Assembly (NCBI GenBank): GCA_000146465.1
Contig: CP001945.1
Length of the DNA stretch: 64,000 nt
Reading direction: 5' to 3' (one strand)
Of this stretch, positions 59,514-64,000 are shown piece by piece (the first letter of the stretch is position 1; every line of letters begins with the position of its first letter). The translations under genes were made by a program, and so were the position numbers. Below the pieces are notes generated by a model that made no database searches, was not told the DNA's origin, and worked only from the letters and a program-made list of their open reading frames with translations.

Positions 59514-60365
59514 TTAAATAGCAAGTTTTGAAACATCTACCTCGTACAGAAAGTCTGAATACAGCCAAAGTATCTTCCTATGGGAATCATATGCGATTGC
59601 CTTTGGAGGAAAATACAACTTCACAAGTGTTCTGTGGGAGTTCAAGGAGTACATCTCTATCCCATCTGATAGTAGAAATATAAGTATTGTATTGAATATC
59701 TTGAATCCTCTATAATTTTTTCCCTTTCTTATTGACTTCAATGTTTCTCCTCTGTAGAGAATCAATTCATAGTTGCTCTCAAGAATTAGAAGATCAAGTT
59801 TGTTGGAAGTTGCAGAAACAAATTTCAAATGGCTTAGAAACCCGATAGACTTTATAGACACTTCTTTCCTATTCCGGGCCAAGTATTGAACGAGACACAG
59901 ATGATCTTCAACCAGAACATATATATCGGACCCAACCTCTGCAAAGTCTACTATCTTACTGGGCATAGTTACAATATGCCAGGGTTGAAAGGTCTGGATA
60001 TCGAGAAAAGATATACCACAACCATGAGAAAAAATCACGTTGTTGCCCACATGGATCTTCTCTATTCTGCACTCTATTTTTACAAGTATCGGGTTGTCTA
60101 TTTTGAAGTAGTAGTGCCCGTAGGTCTCGATTTCAAGAAATACAATGTCCTTAAATTTAAGTATTTCTTTTACTTCATTGGAAGGAAGGAGTACATCTTC
60201 TCTTATTAATCCGTTCATGTTAAGGATATGGAGTGTATTTCCAATGCACATGAGCAAGTCGGATTCCGAAAATTCCATATGCAAGATGCCCCCGTTGAAT
60301 GAGGCCTTTCTGATCATATCATCCATCTTTGAGATGATTATGATGTTAAGTTGAAAGCAAAACAT
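59514..60365 (-). CDS. Hypothetical protein
   Basis: 283-aa ATG-initiated ORF; unassigned. Confidence 0.3.
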   Translation of the reverse strand: MFCFQLNIIIISKMDDMIRKASFNGGILHMEFSESDLLMCIGNTLHILNMNGLIREDVLLPSNEVKEILKFKDIVFLEIETYGHYYFKIDNPILVKIECRIEKIHVGNNVIFSHGCGISFLDIQTFQPWHIVTMPSKIVDFAEVGSDIYVLVEDHLCLVQYLARNRKEVSIKSIGFLSHLKFVSATSNKLDLLILESNYELILYRGETLKSIRKGKNYRGFKIFNTILIFLLSDGIEMYSLNSHRTLVKLYFPPKAIAYDSHRKILWLYSDFLYEVDVSKLAI

Positions 60366-60432
60366 GTTTTGAGTCCCAGAAGTGGCTTAGGACCGTAGGA
60401 TGATATACTGCACAATTCTAGAATTTGAAGTT

Positions 60433-60666
60433 TTATTTCTCTCCCTGGGAGTACGAAAACTTTAAAACCTGTTTATCAACCATCTCCAGAACCTTGAGTG
60501 TCTCTTTTATTTGGTCTTCAATAAGCCTTCTTTCATATTTGTCCGTGGTTTCACTCATTGCATCAAGCTTTCGTTTTAGAGTGGCTAGTTCATTTTCATA
60601 GGCTTTTCTTTCCTTACCGAGCCTTTGAAGAGCTTCTTCTGCTACAGAGTGTTTTACCTCTACCAT
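60433..60666 (-). CDS. Small coiled-coil protein
   Basis: 77 aa, heptad-rich (ELATLKRKLDAMSETTDKYERRLIEDQIKETLKVLEMV); ATG verified; unassigned. Confidence 0.3.
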   Translation of the reverse strand: MVEVKHSVAEEALQRLGKERKAYENELATLKRKLDAMSETTDKYERRLIEDQIKETLKVLEMVDKQVLKFSYSQGEK

Positions 60667-60849
60667 TAACGGGCGTGATATTTAAAAATTTATCATTTTC
60701 TAGGCATTACGGTTTCAGGCCTCATTTCTACTTAGCATTTATCCCCAGAAAGCGGAAATTAATTCGGTGTACATACGAAGCGAAATGTTTCTCGAACAAT
60801 AGTTAAGCCTTCTTTGTAGGATTGAAAAATATGTCTTCTAGATGCCCTT

Positions 60850-62685
60850 ATGATAAAAAAGATCATTCACAGACCAAAGAAACCGCTTTTTGTGTTTAGA
60901 AGGGAGGAGTCTTTGCTCTATGGGCCTAGAGTCAAGAGTGCACCACCAATTGAAATCAACTTTGAAACACCCACCAGGGTCGAGCCAAAGCCTGCAGCAA
61001 GATTTACAAGACCTGATGGAACACCTATAAGAGAAGAGGATTTGATAGATTCGACAGATAGTGATGCATCAAGTGAGAGTTCGGTAGAGGCTGAAAATAA
61101 GATTGAAGACGTACCACCGGAGACAAATGCAAACGCTGAAATTCATGAAGAGGAAGAAGTGGAATGCAAAGAAGAAAAGCCAATACAAAAAGATGATAGA
61201 CCCAGTCTCGAGGATAGAGCATTAATGCTGAATAATCTTTTGAAGAGATTTTCGGAACAAAGAATCACAGAAAGACGAGGGCCCTGCTATAAGATTGATG
61301 AGATTCTTAATACAAAAGAAAGAACAGCAATTCCTCTTGAGCTGAAAATAAGGATTAGAAGGGAACTGAAAGGAGTATATAGGCCAGACAGCAGCCGAAA
61401 GGACACGTGCATTGAACAAGCAAGGCTTGAGTTCAATAGGCTTACAGCCAAGAACATAGGCCTCGTGATAAAGAATCTTAAGAGCATTCGTGTTGGAACC
61501 ATCGAAGAGATGAAGGAAGTGTCAAATATTTTATTCGATAAGGCGATTTCCGAGCCTACGTTTGTAAAGTATTATGCATTAGTGGTTCTCGATCTGAAGA
61601 AGGAATGGCAATCAGAGGAGGAGAAGAGTAGAGATGTAAGCCAAACTGTGTTCTTTGGGACACTTCTTACTTTGACATTGAAGACTCTCGAGAATAAAGA
61701 AAGATGGGGAGATGAGTATAAGAAGAAAAAGGATATGACATTTGAAGAAAGAATAGCCTACGAAGAAAAGCTTGAAGAGGCAGAAACAGAAAGATATATA
61801 AAGAAAAGGAGAACGCTTGGAACAATCGACTTTCTATCGTCTCTCTACTCCTTGAATGTAATAAGCTACGTGCACATGAACGCTTGTATCAATACACTTA
61901 TGAAATCTGATGACCCAGAAAATATCGAGGTGTTATGCTATTTGATCGATAACATAGGCGAAAAACTTGTTGTTAGTGGAAAGGAGCACATTATATCGAT
62001 GATATGTTCCAGCCTTGTACAAAAGAAAAGCAACTATACAAATAGAATTAGATACATGATAGAAAGTCTTCTTGACAAGAAGAATTCTTGGAAGTCAAAG
62101 GAATTGAAAGCTGTAAATGTGTTCTCCTGTCTAGAAGTCGAAAACGACTATGGAAACACTCAAGACCCAGAATCTCAAGAACCACACAAAGAAGACGTAC
62201 TTCCATTTTTAGCATCTTTGTCCGAAGAACTATCGATGGCATACGAGGACGATGACAAAGAACTTCTTTCAGATAATCTACAATCAGGAGAAACTAAGTT
62301 TGGAGTTGTCCCATTCTATTTATCGTATTTTCAAGAAGCTATATCGAATCATAAGATTTCAGATCTGTTTTTTGACTTTTTCATCTCGTTCAGAAATACA
62401 GCAAGCATTACTGAAGGCCAGTTGAAAGAGGTTCTTTTAAGTCTCAAGAACGAGCTGGAGATCCTGAAGATTGACTTTCCGATATCTCCAAAGAAATATG
62501 CAGAGCTTATAACAAAACTGAGAGTGTCCAAGATAATATCCCAGTCTCTTCTGGAAGAGCTAAAAACTCCGGACTATGATGCAAGAATTGGAGATCTAAT
62601 TCTCAAATGGTATAGATCAGATAAGGATCGAGAAAAGGCACTTACTATCTTCCCAAGAGAAACGATAGAGAATCTCACGAAATAA
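60850..62685 (+). CDS. MIF4G-domain protein, probable eIF4G-like translation initiation factor
   Basis: MIF4G HEAT repeats: KNIGLVIKNLKSIRVGTIEEMKEVSNILFDKAISEPTFVKYYALVV...LGTIDFLSSLYSLNVISYVHMNACINTLMK; acidic N-terminal region; 611 aa. Confidence 0.5.
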   Translation: MIKKIIHRPKKPLFVFRREESLLYGPRVKSAPPIEINFETPTRVEPKPAARFTRPDGTPIREEDLIDSTDSDASSESSVEAENKIEDVPPETNANAEIHEEEEVECKEEKPIQKDDRPSLEDRALMLNNLLKRFSEQRITERRGPCYKIDEILNTKERTAIPLELKIRIRRELKGVYRPDSSRKDTCIEQARLEFNRLTAKNIGLVIKNLKSIRVGTIEEMKEVSNILFDKAISEPTFVKYYALVVLDLKKEWQSEEEKSRDVSQTVFFGTLLTLTLKTLENKERWGDEYKKKKDMTFEERIAYEEKLEEAETERYIKKRRTLGTIDFLSSLYSLNVISYVHMNACINTLMKSDDPENIEVLCYLIDNIGEKLVVSGKEHIISMICSSLVQKKSNYTNRIRYMIESLLDKKNSWKSKELKAVNVFSCLEVENDYGNTQDPESQEPHKEDVLPFLASLSEELSMAYEDDDKELLSDNLQSGETKFGVVPFYLSYFQEAISNHKISDLFFDFFISFRNTASITEGQLKEVLLSLKNELEILKIDFPISPKKYAELITKLRVSKIISQSLLEELKTPDYDARIGDLILKWYRSDKDREKALTIFPRETIENLTK

Positions 62686-62744
62686 AGTATGATATTTCAT
62701 TTAATCTTAGGAATATCTCACCTCTTATACATTTGTTGTCCCTG

Positions 62745-63350
62745 TTACTTTCTTTGGTATTTCAAGATGGAATTGTAGTGGTTTAAAGCTAGGGATAGCA
62801 AGGAAAGTTCTCTTCCAACCTCTTTCTTGAACAAATGCTTATTCAGGGCTTCTACAACACTTTCCCTCCGAACAATATTGGCAATCTCAAGAAATCTTCT
62901 ATCGCTGACGTCCTTGTATCCTATCAGGGTAAACAGCTTATCGTTTTCGTTTTCATCATTTATAAAAGTTCTAGCAAATTTTATGGCTTCTGTGTGTCTT
63001 TCTGCGCGCAGTAAGTCAACAAACACCAGTTTCGACAAAGCCTCCTTTACGAGAGCTACACTTTCGGTTCCCAGATCAAATAGTTTGAGGCTCTCGCACA
63101 CTCTAAAGGCCTCATCCGTCTTTTCCTTCTCTATAAAAGATAGAATTCTTTTTCTTGTTGCAATAGATGAATAAAACTCTCCATCGTTGGTAGATTCATT
63201 GTGGCGGGGGAATCTTTTGTTCCACAACATTAGTGCCTTATCTGCACAAACGAATCTCATGTGATCGGCTATGATCCTTTTTGCAAGGGATTCTAGATCT
63301 TCTCTTGAGCGTTCCAAGTCGTTCTTGGCCATCTTCGGGGCATTATCCAT
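62745..63350 (-). CDS. Helical protein, possible CTLH/CRA-domain protein (Gid8/TWA1-like)
   Basis: 201 aa; helical repeat pattern (RKRILSFIEKEKTDEAFRVCESLKLFDLGTESVALVKEAL...) loosely resembling CTLH/CRA domains; weak. Confidence 0.25.
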   Translation of the reverse strand: MDNAPKMAKNDLERSREDLESLAKRIIADHMRFVCADKALMLWNKRFPRHNESTNDGEFYSSIATRKRILSFIEKEKTDEAFRVCESLKLFDLGTESVALVKEALSKLVFVDLLRAERHTEAIKFARTFINDENENDKLFTLIGYKDVSDRRFLEIANIVRRESVVEALNKHLFKKEVGRELSLLSLALNHYNSILKYQRK

Positions 63351-63705
63351 CCCTCAAATGTTCACTCTCAGTAAACAAACAACTATCAGTAACTTCTCTT
63401 CGAGAGTGAAATGATTTTCTCCAAAGAGGAAGGTGGCATATGTAGTACTAGTTTATCGACAACACTATGTAACTAAAAAGTACCAATATCAAGAATTTGA
63501 TAATATTTCGTGTCTTTTTTTCAAATGAATTCATGTCTTCTTGAAGACAGCAGTATTTCTACATTATTTTAAGGAGACCTCAACCAATGAAATACGCAGG
63601 ATAGGGTAAAGGGAACTTCATCTCACATCATTGAACTTTATGATTTTGTCCAATGTACTTTTTGAGTGCTGGTATTCTGCAGAAACCCTGGAAGCCCCTA
63701 TAATC

Positions 63706-63900
63706 ATGGCAACAAATATAAATTGCAAGAAGAAGTGGCATCCAAGTAGATACGAAACACAGATAAGAGTGAAAGAAGCCGAACAGGCCATAGAAAAAAA
63801 CAAAACCCAGGAAAATACAAGAAAAGAACTTGGAAGAAGAGAAACCCTTGAGTTTGAAGTTCAAAAGGAAAAAGCCGAGAGAATGCAGTGGATGCTTTAA
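63706..63900 (+). CDS. CWC25/CIR-N-terminal-domain-like small protein (pre-mRNA splicing factor family)
   Basis: MATNINCKKKWHPSRYETQIRVKEAEQAIEK matches the CWC25/CIR N-terminal signature (KK.WHP....N.E.VW.AEQ); charged coiled tail; ATG preceded by CCCC. Confidence 0.45.
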   Translation: MATNINCKKKWHPSRYETQIRVKEAEQAIEKNKTQENTRKELGRRETLEFEVQKEKAERMQWML

Positions 63901-64000
63901 GATCAAACGCCTGTCTCTGTTCATGAACTTCAAGCTTGCATTGAGGTTTTCTTTATAGTGTATCTTAGATTTGTAGGAAGAGCTAATAAAATTTTGTTAT

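Noticed and set aside
1-64000. Prokaryotic-style features: CRISPR arrays, defense islands, operons, Shine-Dalgarno sites, rho-independent terminators, IS elements
   Set aside because: Gene content (TBP, Ran, RCC1, CDC20, Spo11, eukaryotic ribosomal proteins, eukaryotic-type tRNAs) shows this is eukaryotic nuclear DNA; no direct-repeat arrays or transposase-like ORFs were seen.

Overview
This window reads as a compact, intron-poor eukaryotic nuclear genome of microsporidian type, not prokaryotic DNA. It carries roughly 60 protein-coding genes on both strands, about one per kb, with intergenic spacers often only 8-100 bp and about 40% GC. Most genes are divergent but recognisable eukaryotic housekeeping and regulatory genes. 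They include valyl-tRNA synthetase, an EF-1alpha-like GTPase, eIF1A, RNA polymerase I largest subunit, TBP, Ran, RCC1 and a Ski2/Mtr4 helicase. Ribosomal proteins L32e, L13a and S10e are present, as are a Cet1-type mRNA triphosphatase, pyruvate dehydrogenase E1 beta, thymidylate kinase, ITPase and a KTR/KRE2 mannosyltransferase. Spo11 and a Rad21/Rec8 kleisin are both present. Two tRNA genes (initiator Met and Pro-UGG) bracket a secreted Cys/Ser/Thr-rich protein. There are no CRISPR arrays, rRNA genes or obvious mobile elements. The ORF track uses alternative start codons (TTG, GTG) translated as M, so many track starts are not ATG; I moved starts to the first in-frame ATG, which is almost always preceded by a C-rich (CCC) motif. 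Main second-look items: a +1 frameshift in a G-run inside the PDH E1 beta gene; ORF-track extensions that are reverse complements of tRNAs; a candidate 26-nt GTAAGT...AG intron in an otherwise unexplained gap; a meiotic toolkit; a candidate spore-wall/polar-tube-like protein; several GID/CTLH E3-ligase-like components; and extreme gene packing.
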